Below, piece after piece: positions 1 to 9,141 of a stretch of 64,000 bases of DNA. The notes below the pieces were generated by a model. It was not told the DNA's origin, did no database searches, and saw only the letters and a program-made list of their open reading frames with translations. The DNA comes from Hyphomicrobiales bacterium (GTDB taxonomy: Bacteria; Pseudomonadota; Alphaproteobacteria; Rhizobiales; OSC116): positions 283,420 to 347,419 of the forward strand of contig JAOPTR010000007.1 of NCBI GenBank assembly GCA_051531935.1. The letters run 5' to 3'. Made by a program: the position numbers and the translations under genes. Position 1 is the stretch's first letter, and the number at the start of each line of letters is the position of its first letter.

Positions 1-742
1 CACTCCTGACTAGGTTTTCATCAGCAACACAATTTAATTTAATGCCTTTGTTTATTTTAATTTCTTGGGCATCATATCCAAAAATTGCAATAACTGGTAT
101 GCCTTTTAGGTTTGCATTTTCTATCGCAACTCTAATTTCTTTGGTTTTGCCTGAGTAAGAAATTCCGATTACTAAATCATCAGGTGTTAGGCTAACTAGG
201 TTTGCGAGTTGAGTGTGGCTGTCTGCACCAAACAAAACAGCTTTTCCAAATTTAGTGAGTTTTGAAGATAGATCTTGCGCCACAAGTAGTGAGCCGCCCA
301 TGCCAATGATGATAATACGATTTGCATTTTCAATTAATTCAACAGCGCCGTCTATATCATCTGAAGCGTTTAAGCGCATTGTTTCGGAAAGCGCAGAAAC
401 TTTACTATCAAATAACTTTTTGGCAACTTCGCCCATGGGGTCATCTGAAAAAATATTTCTATGAACTTGGTTTTGGGTTTCGCCTCTGGCCAACTCGGCA
501 TTGAGGGCAAGTTTTAAAGCAGTATAACCCTTATAGCCCAGTTTTTGACAAAATTTAACAATGGCAGATTGGCTAACGTTACAATTTTTTGCGAGTGCTT
601 GGGATGAATAACCCGTAACTTGTGATGGGCTTGATATTATTTCATTTGCAATGCGGGTTTCACTTGGTGAAAAGTTTTCAAGGCCAGCTTGTAGGCGCGT
701 TATTAAATTAATGTCAGTTTTGATGATTCTACTCCTCCACAC
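1..742 (-). CDS. murR: RpiR/MurR-family transcriptional regulator (HTH_6 + SIS), C-terminus cut by the window edge; start codon uncertain
   Basis: Absent from the ORF track because it runs off the left edge. My minus-strand translation reads ..IIKTDINLITRLQAGLENFSPSETRIANEIISSPSQVTGYSSQALAKNCNVSQSAIVKFCQKLGYKGYTALKLAL.. (RpiR HTH), then ..NRIIIIGMGGSLLVAQDLSSKLTKFGK..VIGISYSGKTKEI.. (SIS). It is divergent from murQ, as in E. coli murR-murQP. Confidence 0.8.
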   Translation of the reverse strand, partial: MWRSRIIKTDINLITRLQAGLENFSPSETRIANEIISSPSQVTGYSSQALAKNCNVSQSAIVKFCQKLGYKGYTALKLALNAELARGETQNQVHRNIFSDDPMGEVAKKLFDSKVSALSETMRLNASDDIDGAVELIENANRIIIIGMGGSLLVAQDLSSKLTKFGKAVLFGADSHTQLANLVSLTPDDLVIGISYSGKTKEIRVAIENANLKGIPVIAIFGYDAQEIKINKGIKLNCVADENLVRS

Positions 743-796
743 TGAGTGATTTTTAGTATAAATTATTCCATTTATCAACATGTAATAAATAATTGA

Positions 797-825
797 TTGA
801 CAGTATTAAAAAGGAATAATATATT
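797..825 (+). promoter_or_regulatory. Near-consensus sigma70-type promoter TTGACA-N17-TATATT directly upstream of murQ
   Basis: TTGACA lies at 797-802. A 17-nt spacer covers 803-819. TATATT lies at 820-825. The murQ ATG begins at 832, 7 nt after the -10 hexamer. Confidence 0.45.
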
Positions 826-827
826 CC
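813..827. promoter_or_regulatory. Inverted repeat GGAATA-ATA-TATTCC overlapping the murQ -10 region; candidate MurR operator
   Basis: Perfect 6-bp arms were read from the sequence. An extra TATTCC half-site lies at 764-769. The repeat sits in the murR-murQ divergent intergenic region. Confidence 0.35.
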
Positions 828-831
828 AAAT

Positions 832-1767
832 ATGAAATTATCAATAAACACCTTAATAGATCTAGCGGACAAATTAAAACTTCTGATTACAGAAGGGCGA
901 AACCCAGCTTCGTTTGATCTTGATAAAATGTCATCATTAGACATTGTAAAATTAATGAATTCTCAAGATGCTCTTGTGGCAGATGCAGTTGCAAAAGAAG
1001 CCACCGTTATTGGCGAAGTTGTAGAAGTATCTGCAAATGCACTACTTAATGGCGGTAGAATAATATATGTTGGTGCTGGAACCTCCGGCAGGTTAGGTGT
1101 GCTTGATGCTTCAGAATGCCCGCCAACTTTTGGAGTGTCTAGGGAACGTGTTGTTGCCGTAATGGCAGGCGGCCCAGATGCGATGTTTGTATCTCAAGAG
1201 GGATGTGAAGATGACCCTGTGCAGGGTGCTGATGATTTATCGGAGCTGAATTTAACTAAGAATGATGTTGTTATAGGCTTAGCTGTTTCTGGCCGGACAC
1301 CCTATGTAATTGGCGCTCTTAAAAAAGCAAATGAGCTAAATGTAATAACTGTTGCTTTAACCTGCAATCCAAACTCCAGCCTTGCAGACTTAGCAGATTA
1401 TTCAATTGCCCCGTTGGTTGGCCCTGAAATTTTAACAGGATCTACCCGTCTCAAATCAGGCACGGCGCAAAAAATGGTTCTGAATATGATTTCAACAGGA
1501 GCTATGATTAGAATTGGCAAATGTTATAGCAATCTGATGGTTGATTTGAAGGTTTCAAATAAAAAGCTTAAGGCACGCGCACTTAAATTGGTGCAAGAAG
1601 CCACGTCAACCGATGCAGATGGAGCATTTGCGGCGCTAGAAGCAACTAACTGGAATGTTAAAACCAGTATTTTTATGATATTGGCAAAAACATCTAAAGA
1701 TCGAGCAGATGAGATCCTCAATAAACATAATGGGCGTCTTTCTGACGCTTTGTTACAGTTTGAATAG
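832..1767 (+). CDS. murQ: N-acetylmuramic acid 6-phosphate etherase
   Basis: 311 aa. SIS-domain signature GRIIYVGAGTSGRLGVLDASECPPTFG and ..LTGSTRLKSGTAQK.. are typical of MurQ. Confidence 0.9.
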   Translation: MKLSINTLIDLADKLKLLITEGRNPASFDLDKMSSLDIVKLMNSQDALVADAVAKEATVIGEVVEVSANALLNGGRIIYVGAGTSGRLGVLDASECPPTFGVSRERVVAVMAGGPDAMFVSQEGCEDDPVQGADDLSELNLTKNDVVIGLAVSGRTPYVIGALKKANELNVITVALTCNPNSSLADLADYSIAPLVGPEILTGSTRLKSGTAQKMVLNMISTGAMIRIGKCYSNLMVDLKVSNKKLKARALKLVQEATSTDADGAFAALEATNWNVKTSIFMILAKTSKDRADEILNKHNGRLSDALLQFE

Positions 1768-1808
1768 AAAAAACTTAGTCAAAATGACTTATAACAAGGG
1801 AGAGAAAA

Positions 1809-3023
1809 ATGAAAAATAAATTAAAAACCATATTAATTGGAGCTACGCTTTGTAGTGGTATACTGGCAGGGTCAATCGCCAGTGCCGCTGACCTGAGTTT
1901 TTGGAGTTGGCGCCAAGAAGATGCAAAAGCATATCAGGAAATAATTGCGGAATTTAAAAAATCCCACCCTGACATTAATGTTACATTTACAGCCCATGAA
2001 GCAACTGCTTACAACACAGTTTTGACAACAGCTTTGGCTGGTGGTGCTGGCCCAGATATTATGCACACCCGCTCTTACGGTAGTTTAGAACAAGTGGCGG
2101 CAGCAGGTTATCTTGAACCGCTAAACGACAGTGTTGATTTATCAACATTAAGCGCTGATGAGCTATTGGGCACTACTTTACGCGCTGATGGCAAAGTATA
2201 TGCTGTGCCATTTGCTTCGCAAACTGTTTTGGTTTACGTGAACAAAGATCTTTTTGAAACACACGATGTTGCGATACCTACAAATTATGCTGAATTTATT
2301 GCAGCAGCGAAAAAACTAAAAGCAGCAGGTGTTACACCGCTTGCTAACGGTAGCTCTGCGGGTTGGACTATGGAAATTATGTCAGGCGCGTTTATGCCTA
2401 ACGTATATGGAAAAGAGTTCTTTGGTGAAGTGACAGCGGGTAAAACTGATTTTGAAGACCCACGTTATATTGAAGCATTAGAAACGTTTTCTGAATTAAA
2501 AGAATTTATGCCAAACGGTTTTGAAGGCGTGGACTATGCGACGATGCAACAATTGTTTACGGCTGGACAAGCAGCTATGTTTGTTGGCGGTTCATGGGAA
2601 ATTGCTGGGTTTAAAAAGGCCGGTGTAAATTTTGATATTATGCCAGCGCCCGCAAAAGATGGCGAAGGTATGGTTGCTACATTCCTTGATGGTGGATATG
2701 CTGTTAATGCCGCATCCGAGAACAAAGAAGCTGCGCTTGAATTTATTAAATTCACTGCAACAACAGAATTTGCACAATTGTTAACTGATAAATTGGGTAA
2801 TGTTGCTGCTGTAGAAGGTGCTGTATCTTCTGATCCTATGCTACAAAAAGTGGCTGAGTTTCATGAAAATGCAACGCCATATATGATGTTGGTTGCTTAT
2901 CGCTTCAACACGCCAACAGGCTCTACATTGCTACAAAATGGTTTGCAAGAATTGTTTGCTGGTAAAAAATCAGCAGCGGAAGTTGCAAAAGAAATTAATG
3001 AGGGCATTAAGAACTCTAAATAA
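1809..3023 (+). CDS. ABC sugar-binding periplasmic protein (family 1 / CUT1), probable MurNAc or muropeptide binder
   Basis: 404 aa. N-terminal signal peptide MKNKLKTILIGATLCSGILAGSIASA. SBP_bac_1-like composition. First transporter gene after murQ. Confidence 0.8.
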   Translation: MKNKLKTILIGATLCSGILAGSIASAADLSFWSWRQEDAKAYQEIIAEFKKSHPDINVTFTAHEATAYNTVLTTALAGGAGPDIMHTRSYGSLEQVAAAGYLEPLNDSVDLSTLSADELLGTTLRADGKVYAVPFASQTVLVYVNKDLFETHDVAIPTNYAEFIAAAKKLKAAGVTPLANGSSAGWTMEIMSGAFMPNVYGKEFFGEVTAGKTDFEDPRYIEALETFSELKEFMPNGFEGVDYATMQQLFTAGQAAMFVGGSWEIAGFKKAGVNFDIMPAPAKDGEGMVATFLDGGYAVNAASENKEAALEFIKFTATTEFAQLLTDKLGNVAAVEGAVSSDPMLQKVAEFHENATPYMMLVAYRFNTPTGSTLLQNGLQELFAGKKSAAEVAKEINEGIKNSK

Positions 3024-3032
3024 ACGATATTT

Positions 3033-3066
3033 TGAGAGCGACTGTTGGTCGCTCTCAATTTTTTTA
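3033..3066 (+). terminator. Rho-independent terminator/attenuator between the SBP and ATPase genes
   Basis: The stem is TGAGAGCGAC / GTCGCTCTCA (10 bp) with loop TGTTG. The hairpin is followed by AATTTTTTT. Confidence 0.75.
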
Positions 3067-3079
3067 ATGGAATGAAGTT

Positions 3080-4165
3080 ATGGCAGATATTGAAATAAAA
3101 GGTTTAGATAAACAATTTGGTAAAGTCAGTGTTATCAAAAATGTCGACCTTTCAATAAAAGATAAAGAATTTGTTGTTTTTGTGGGTCCGTCAGGTTGCG
3201 GTAAGTCAACTCTTTTGAGGCTTATTTCTGGCTTAGAAGAGCTTAGTGGCGGCGAAATTCACATTGATGGTGAAAGAATTGACCAATTGCCACCTTCAAA
3301 ACGTGGTATTTCGATGGTTTTTCAGTCTTACGCGTTATACCCGCATATGACGGTGAAGCAAAATATGTCATATTCACTTAAAGTGGCAAAATTATCCAAA
3401 TCTGTAATAGATGAAAAAGTTGGGCATGCAGCCAATATTCTGCAACTGACTGAATTATTAAACCGTAAGCCAAAAGAACTCTCTGGTGGGCAACGCCAAA
3501 GGGTTGCTATCGGGCGCGCGATTGTAAGAAACCCAAAATTATTTTTATTTGATGAACCATTGTCTAATTTAGATGCCAAATTACGTGTGCAAATGCGCCT
3601 TGAGCTGACTAAGTTGCACAGAGATCTAAATGCGACGATGATTTATGTAACCCATGACCAAGTTGAAGCCATGACAATGGCTGACAAGATCGTTGTCATT
3701 AAAGACGGTGTGATTGAACAAGTTGGAGCGCCGCTTGATCTATATAACAACCCTAAAAATATATTTGTAGCGGGCTTTATTGGCTCACCAGCAATGAATT
3801 TTTTAGAAGGAAATATAGTCGAAAAAGCAGAAAATCTATTAAAGATCAAATTGAAAAATGGAAAATTAGTTAATTTTCCATGCAAAAATGTGGACCAAGT
3901 AAACTCTGGTGACAAAGTGAACTTAGGTGTGCGCCCAGAAATTTTACATATTACTGATGATCCCGAAAACCAAATCCAAGGTGAAGTGTTTGCCGTTGAG
4001 CGTTTGGGTAATGAAACATATATTTATATGCGCAACGAAATAAATGAAGAAATTGTTTTACATTCTGCTGGTGATAAATCCGTAAATGTAGGCCAAGCTA
4101 TATCTGCTGGTTTTAATGTCCAAGACAGCCATCTTTTTGGTAGCAATGGCGCTGTTGTTCTTTAG
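3080..4165 (+). CDS. ABC transporter ATP-binding protein, MalK/UgpC type with C-terminal TOBE-like domain
   Basis: 361 aa. Walker A GPSGCGKST, signature LSGGQRQRVAIGRA, Walker B LFLFDEPLSNLD. Confidence 0.9.
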   Translation: MADIEIKGLDKQFGKVSVIKNVDLSIKDKEFVVFVGPSGCGKSTLLRLISGLEELSGGEIHIDGERIDQLPPSKRGISMVFQSYALYPHMTVKQNMSYSLKVAKLSKSVIDEKVGHAANILQLTELLNRKPKELSGGQRQRVAIGRAIVRNPKLFLFDEPLSNLDAKLRVQMRLELTKLHRDLNATMIYVTHDQVEAMTMADKIVVIKDGVIEQVGAPLDLYNNPKNIFVAGFIGSPAMNFLEGNIVEKAENLLKIKLKNGKLVNFPCKNVDQVNSGDKVNLGVRPEILHITDDPENQIQGEVFAVERLGNETYIYMRNEINEEIVLHSAGDKSVNVGQAISAGFNVQDSHLFGSNGAVVL

Positions 4166-4174
4166 GAGGAAATT

Positions 4175-5131
4175 ATGTCCGAAATGACTGATTTAGAATA
4201 TAAAAAGTCGGTAAGAAAAAGAAAAATATTGCGTAACTTATGGCTCGCTTTTTTGCTTTTGCCGCCCATGTTGATGTTGTCGATATTTGTTTTTGTTCCT
4301 ATGGCATCGGCCGTTTTGTATAGCGTTTACGAATGGAACGGGCTTGTTCGTGGAGAATTTATTGGCTTTGGTAATTATTACGAAGTGCTGTTTAATGAAA
4401 GAGAAAGTTCATTTTTAATCAATGCATTTAAAAACAACCTAATTGTATTTATTTCATTAATGGTGTTTCAAAATGGTTTGGCTCTTATCTTAGCGCTGCT
4501 ATTGGCGCGCAAGCCAAAAGGTTATCGTTTTTATCAAGTTGTAATATTTTTACCAGTGATACTTTCAACCGTCATTATTGGTTTTCAGTGGAAACTATTT
4601 TTAAACCCTATATTTGGCTTGGTAAATAATCTTCTACGTCTTGTCGGGCTTGATAGCTGGGCGTTACCGTGGTTAGGCCTGCCAGAAACTGCACTGGCCT
4701 CCATGTTGTTAGTGAATTCGTGGCACTGGGTTGGCTTTCCAACTCTAGTTTTCTTAGCCGCTATTCATAGAATCCCCAATGATTTTATTGAAGCTGCACG
4801 GCTTGATGGTGCGAGCGAATGGAGAATTGCAAGAGATATAATTTGGCCTTTAATGGCGCCAGCTGTAACCATTATTGTGGTTCTAACTTTTATCGGTTCA
4901 TTTAATTGGTTTGAAATTCCGTTTATCATGGGAAGTTTAGAAGGCTCACCTGCTTATTCTACCGACATGCTTGGCTTGTTATTTTATAGAACCGCATTTG
5001 GGTCTGTAAGCTCTGGCGGGTCTAACTTTGGGGCAGGTAGTGCGTTGGCAGTTCTTATCTTCATATTTATTTTTGTATTTTCAATAATTGTAACTAAATA
5101 CCTGACCAGCCGCGAAGTGGAAATGGGATGA
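4175..5131 (+). CDS. CUT1 ABC permease (MalF/UgpA-like)
   Basis: 318 aa, multi-TM. EAA-type loop IEAARLDGASEWRIARDIIWPL. Confidence 0.85.
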   Translation: MSEMTDLEYKKSVRKRKILRNLWLAFLLLPPMLMLSIFVFVPMASAVLYSVYEWNGLVRGEFIGFGNYYEVLFNERESSFLINAFKNNLIVFISLMVFQNGLALILALLLARKPKGYRFYQVVIFLPVILSTVIIGFQWKLFLNPIFGLVNNLLRLVGLDSWALPWLGLPETALASMLLVNSWHWVGFPTLVFLAAIHRIPNDFIEAARLDGASEWRIARDIIWPLMAPAVTIIVVLTFIGSFNWFEIPFIMGSLEGSPAYSTDMLGLLFYRTAFGSVSSGGSNFGAGSALAVLIFIFIFVFSIIVTKYLTSREVEMG

Positions 5132-5973
5132 ATAATCTAAACAAAATAAAGGCACAAAAAAAGTTCAACACGCTGTTGATGCAATTGTTTTTAGGCATAA
5201 ATGCTGTCGTCATTCTTTACCCAATTATCATGATGGTATTATCTGGCTTTAAGACAAATTCTGAAATATTTGGCGAACCATTTTCTTTGCCAAAAAGTTT
5301 TAGCCTTGATAATTTCTTGGTGATTTGGAATACAACCGATGTGCCGCGTTATTTGGTAAATTCGACCATTGTAACTGGCTTGTCCATAATATTACTATTG
5401 ACCATGGGTTCTATGGCTGCATATGCATTATCTCGCTATAAATTTAAGGGCAATATTCTAATATATTTGTTTTTTCTAAGTGGCTTAATGCTTCCTTTAA
5501 GGCTTGCAATCATTCCATTATTCATTCAATTGAAATATTTGGGTTTGGTGGATTCTTTACTGGGGTTGGTTTGTATTTATACCGCGATGAGTTTACCTGC
5601 GACGGTTTTTATTCTGACAGGGTTTTTGAAAACTCTGCCATCTGAGCTTGAAGATTCTGCAAGGATGGACGGGGCAAGTGAATTTAGAATTATGGTTCAA
5701 ATTATGGTTCCATTAATATCACCAGCCTTGGTAATTGCAGGCATATATAACGCTGTTCCCATTTGGAACGATTTCTTCTTCCCGCTTATTTTCATCCAGT
5801 CACCTGAGTGGAAAACATTGGCTCAAGGGCTCACCACATTCTTTGGTGAATATAGTATCAATTACGGTGTGTTATATGCAGGCTTAACGCTAGCAGCATT
5901 GCCTGTGGTGACTATATTTATTTTGCAATCCAAACGTTTCATTGCAGGCATGACTGCTGGAGCCGTTAAATAA
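5128..5973 (+). CDS. CUT1 ABC permease (MalG/UgpE-like)
   Basis: 281 aa. EAA loop LEDSARMDGASEFRIMVQIMVPL. 4-nt overlap with the upstream permease gene. Confidence 0.85.
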   Translation: MNNLNKIKAQKKFNTLLMQLFLGINAVVILYPIIMMVLSGFKTNSEIFGEPFSLPKSFSLDNFLVIWNTTDVPRYLVNSTIVTGLSIILLLTMGSMAAYALSRYKFKGNILIYLFFLSGLMLPLRLAIIPLFIQLKYLGLVDSLLGLVCIYTAMSLPATVFILTGFLKTLPSELEDSARMDGASEFRIMVQIMVPLISPALVIAGIYNAVPIWNDFFFPLIFIQSPEWKTLAQGLTTFFGEYSINYGVLYAGLTLAALPVVTIFILQSKRFIAGMTAGAVK

Positions 5974-7064
5974 TGAGTTTGATTTCTAACCAAGTTACCT
6001 CTCCTGATGTGGCACATGCGCCAGATCAGGCGTCATCTGTGCAAGAGCTTGTATTTCAAGGCTTTGCAGATGGCGTGTTTAAAACAGCGGAAATATTGTA
6101 TGCAAGAGACGGAAAAATTGTATTACATATGGCTTGGCGTAAAGATGTTGATGACTTTAAAACAGGCAATTTATTTGATTTAGCGTCTCTTACAAAGCCT
6201 TTAGCGATCGCTTCACTTATGGCTATTTTGGCAGAGCGCAATGAATTGGACTTGGATGAAAAAGTAAAGAAATACATTCCTGAATTCTGGGGCGTAGGTA
6301 AAGAAAATATTACATTAAGGCAGTTAACCTCCCATGTAAGTGGGCTACCTGCCACTGTTGAACTATACCATAAAAGTGAAAATAGCAGTGCGGCTAGGCA
6401 TTATTTATATAATCTTCCGCTAGAGTATGAGCCTGGCACAAAAATGATTTATAGTTGCTTGGGATATTTAATACTTACCGACATAATTGTTAAAATTACG
6501 GGCAAATCACTGGCCGCGCTTTTTAAAGCAGAAATTGCAATCCCGTTGGGGTTGCAACATTCCGTATTTTCACCACGAAAATTGGGAATTAATGTTGATG
6601 ATATTGTGGCAACATCATTCGAACCTAACGAAATTGGCATTGTGCATGATGGCAATAGTCGCTTTTTCGGCGGGCAGGGCGGCAATGCAGGGTTGTTTTC
6701 TAACGCTTTTGATTTGAATGAATTTGCCCAAATGCTGCTAAACGGTGGTTTTGCCAACCAAAAGCAAATTTTGCCAAAGCGATTTCTTAAAAAAATGTTT
6801 CTGAACCAAAACACAACAGGCATTCACCCCAGAAGTTTGGGTTGGGAAATTAAACAAAATGATGATTTTATGTATAGCTGCGGAACTGATTTTCCGGATA
6901 ATTCAATAGGCCATACAGGTTTTACAGGCACTTCGCTTTGGATGAACCCTATGTCAAAACAAGTGGTGATTGCATTGACAGACCGTGTTTTATTCTCGCA
7001 TGAAAAAGACAATCTGGATAAGATGATTATGTTTCGAAAGAAACTACACAATATTTTTGTTTAA
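5973..7064 (+). CDS. Beta-lactamase-fold serine hydrolase (class C / family VIII-like), no signal peptide; candidate AmiE-like MurNAc-L-Ala amidase
   Basis: 363 aa. S-x-x-K motif ASLTKPLA, Y-S-x element MIYSCLGY, and HTG (KTG-equivalent) in IGHTGFTGTSLW. The N-terminus MSLISNQVTSPDVAHAPDQ is hydrophilic. TAATG 1-nt overlap with the permease gene. Confidence 0.7.
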   Translation: MSLISNQVTSPDVAHAPDQASSVQELVFQGFADGVFKTAEILYARDGKIVLHMAWRKDVDDFKTGNLFDLASLTKPLAIASLMAILAERNELDLDEKVKKYIPEFWGVGKENITLRQLTSHVSGLPATVELYHKSENSSAARHYLYNLPLEYEPGTKMIYSCLGYLILTDIIVKITGKSLAALFKAEIAIPLGLQHSVFSPRKLGINVDDIVATSFEPNEIGIVHDGNSRFFGGQGGNAGLFSNAFDLNEFAQMLLNGGFANQKQILPKRFLKKMFLNQNTTGIHPRSLGWEIKQNDDFMYSCGTDFPDNSIGHTGFTGTSLWMNPMSKQVVIALTDRVLFSHEKDNLDKMIMFRKKLHNIFV

Positions 7065-7079
7065 ATTTTGGTATTATTT

Positions 7080-7958
7080 ATGGACAATAGACAATCAGAG
7101 TTAGTGATACTCGTGGATGCTGGCGGCAGCACTTGCAGGGTAAATATTTGTAACTTTGAGGGTGAAGTTTTAGCCCAAGCGCGGGGCAAAGAAGCAAATT
7201 TCACCACAGAACCAGATAAATCAATTGCCCATATAAATGCTGCAATTGATGATGCGTATTCGTTAATTCCGCAATTTGAAGCTGAACAGAATAGCCACTA
7301 CGCGGTGCTTGGGCTTGCTGGTTTTGAAGGTAGCAATGCTAGCCAAACGATTAAACAAAAGCTTAGGTTTAAGAATTGCGAGATTACATCTGACCTTATG
7401 ATTAGTTTAAAAGGTGCCGTTGGAAATTCTAATGGGACAGTGATTAGCATTGGCACGGGGTCTTTTTTTGCCACTCAAATTGATGGTGAAATTAAGCGTT
7501 ATGGCGGTTGGGGTATGCAATTAGGGGATGAAATGAGCGGGGCGGTGATTGGCCGTAGTTTGCTTTCACATGTTTTGCATGCGCATGACGGGATAATTGA
7601 GCATAGTCATTTAACCAGCCAAGTGATGAAAAAGTTTGATGGCAACCCTAGAAAGTTGGTTTCATTTGCCCTAACAGCTTCTCCAAAGGATTATGGTGCA
7701 TTTGCGCCCGACATTATTTCGGCGTGGAAAAACAAGGATGCGGTTGCTCTGGACATAATGAAGCAAGCCGGCGAAAAACTAAATTTCTTTTTGGACCGTA
7801 TCATAGACGATAAATCAGGTGATATTTATTTGCTTGGTGGGCTTGGAAACCAATATTCTGAATTATTGTTGCCAAAATATAAAAAATTACTCAAAATTGC
7901 TAAAGGTGATGCGCTGGAAGGTGCTTTATTGATGGCTCAAAATAAGTGGTTGAAGTAA
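7080..7958 (+). CDS. BadF/BadG/BcrA/BcrD-type ATPase, probable GlcNAc/MurNAc kinase
   Basis: The ORF track starts at TTG 7068. ATG 7080 (MDNRQSELVILVDAGGSTCRV..) is the more likely start. Sugar-kinase phosphate-1 motif DAGGS. Positioned between the hydrolase gene and nagA. Confidence 0.7.
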   Translation: MDNRQSELVILVDAGGSTCRVNICNFEGEVLAQARGKEANFTTEPDKSIAHINAAIDDAYSLIPQFEAEQNSHYAVLGLAGFEGSNASQTIKQKLRFKNCEITSDLMISLKGAVGNSNGTVISIGTGSFFATQIDGEIKRYGGWGMQLGDEMSGAVIGRSLLSHVLHAHDGIIEHSHLTSQVMKKFDGNPRKLVSFALTASPKDYGAFAPDIISAWKNKDAVALDIMKQAGEKLNFFLDRIIDDKSGDIYLLGGLGNQYSELLLPKYKKLLKIAKGDALEGALLMAQNKWLK

Positions 7959-9137
7959 ATGTTATTACAAAATAAGTTCTCGCCAGAAAAAATAGAAAAA
8001 TTCAAAGATGACTGGTGGTTAATTCCCAAGAAACTGTTTGATGGCAGGTCATTTATGGACAATCAGGCGCTTCATATTCAAAATGGTAAAATTGCGAATA
8101 TATTACCTATCACCGACGTCGCCAATGATGAAAATGTTTTCCATACTAGCAAATTGGTTTGCCCTGGTTTTTTTGATATTCAGGTGAATGGTGGTGGGGG
8201 TATTATGTTTAATAATGATCCTTCAGTTAAGGGGCTTGAAACTATTTTTAATGCTCATCTGCCTTTTGGCACCACATCTTGGCTACCGACGCTCATAACA
8301 GATAGTGATGAGAAAATGCACCAAGGAGTTGATGCGGTTATAAGCTGTAAGGGCAAGTATGGTGTTTCTGGAATACATTTGGAAGGGCCGTATTTAAACC
8401 CAATAAAAAAAGGCACTCATAATTTAGAATTTATCAGGAAAATGGACAATACGATTGTTGAACTGGTTCAAAAACTAACCAAAGCCGACATCCCAACTTT
8501 AATTACATTAGCGCCAGAGTGCGTGCCAGAAGGCAGTATTTCGAAACTTGTTAGCCATGGCGCGAAGATTTCTATTGGCCATACCAATGCAACAGCTAGC
8601 CAAGCACAGAGCGGTTTAAGTGAAGGAGCGACTTGCTTCACTCATTTATTTAACGCCATGCCCCAAATGCTATCACGCGACCCAGGAGTGGTTGCAGAAG
8701 CTATAGAAAGCAATGCCTATTGTGGAATAATTGCAGACGGGCACCATGTGGCCTATCAAATGTTATCGCTAGCCATTCGGGCACGTACAGAAGAAAACAA
8801 AATGATTGTGGTTACGGATGCAATGTCTAGCGTTGGCGGGCCTGACCACTTTAACCTATATGGCGAAAAAATTGAGGTGAATGCAGGTAAGTTGATTAAC
8901 AAAAACGGCGATCTCGCAGGCGCTCATATTGATATGATTTCAAGTGTTCAAAATTTAATTTCTGGTGTTGGCCTTGTGGCTGAAAGCGCTTTGTCCATGG
9001 CGACTAAAAACCCAGCAGAAATGATGGGATTGTCGGAAAAAATTGGCTCTATTTCCACTGGTTGTGACGCTAATTTATTGTTGTTGAATGATGACTTTGA
9101 AATTTCGGATATTATCTTTAATGGTCAGGTTTGTTAG
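7959..9137 (+). CDS. nagA: N-acetylglucosamine-6-phosphate deacetylase
   Basis: 392 aa. Amidohydrolase motifs GFFDIQVNGGGG, ..GIHLEGPYL.., ..ISIGHTNA.., ..THLFNAM... Confidence 0.9.
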   Translation: MLLQNKFSPEKIEKFKDDWWLIPKKLFDGRSFMDNQALHIQNGKIANILPITDVANDENVFHTSKLVCPGFFDIQVNGGGGIMFNNDPSVKGLETIFNAHLPFGTTSWLPTLITDSDEKMHQGVDAVISCKGKYGVSGIHLEGPYLNPIKKGTHNLEFIRKMDNTIVELVQKLTKADIPTLITLAPECVPEGSISKLVSHGAKISIGHTNATASQAQSGLSEGATCFTHLFNAMPQMLSRDPGVVAEAIESNAYCGIIADGHHVAYQMLSLAIRARTEENKMIVVTDAMSSVGGPDHFNLYGEKIEVNAGKLINKNGDLAGAHIDMISSVQNLISGVGLVAESALSMATKNPAEMMGLSEKIGSISTGCDANLLLLNDDFEISDIIFNGQVC

Positions 9138-9141
9138 TTAG

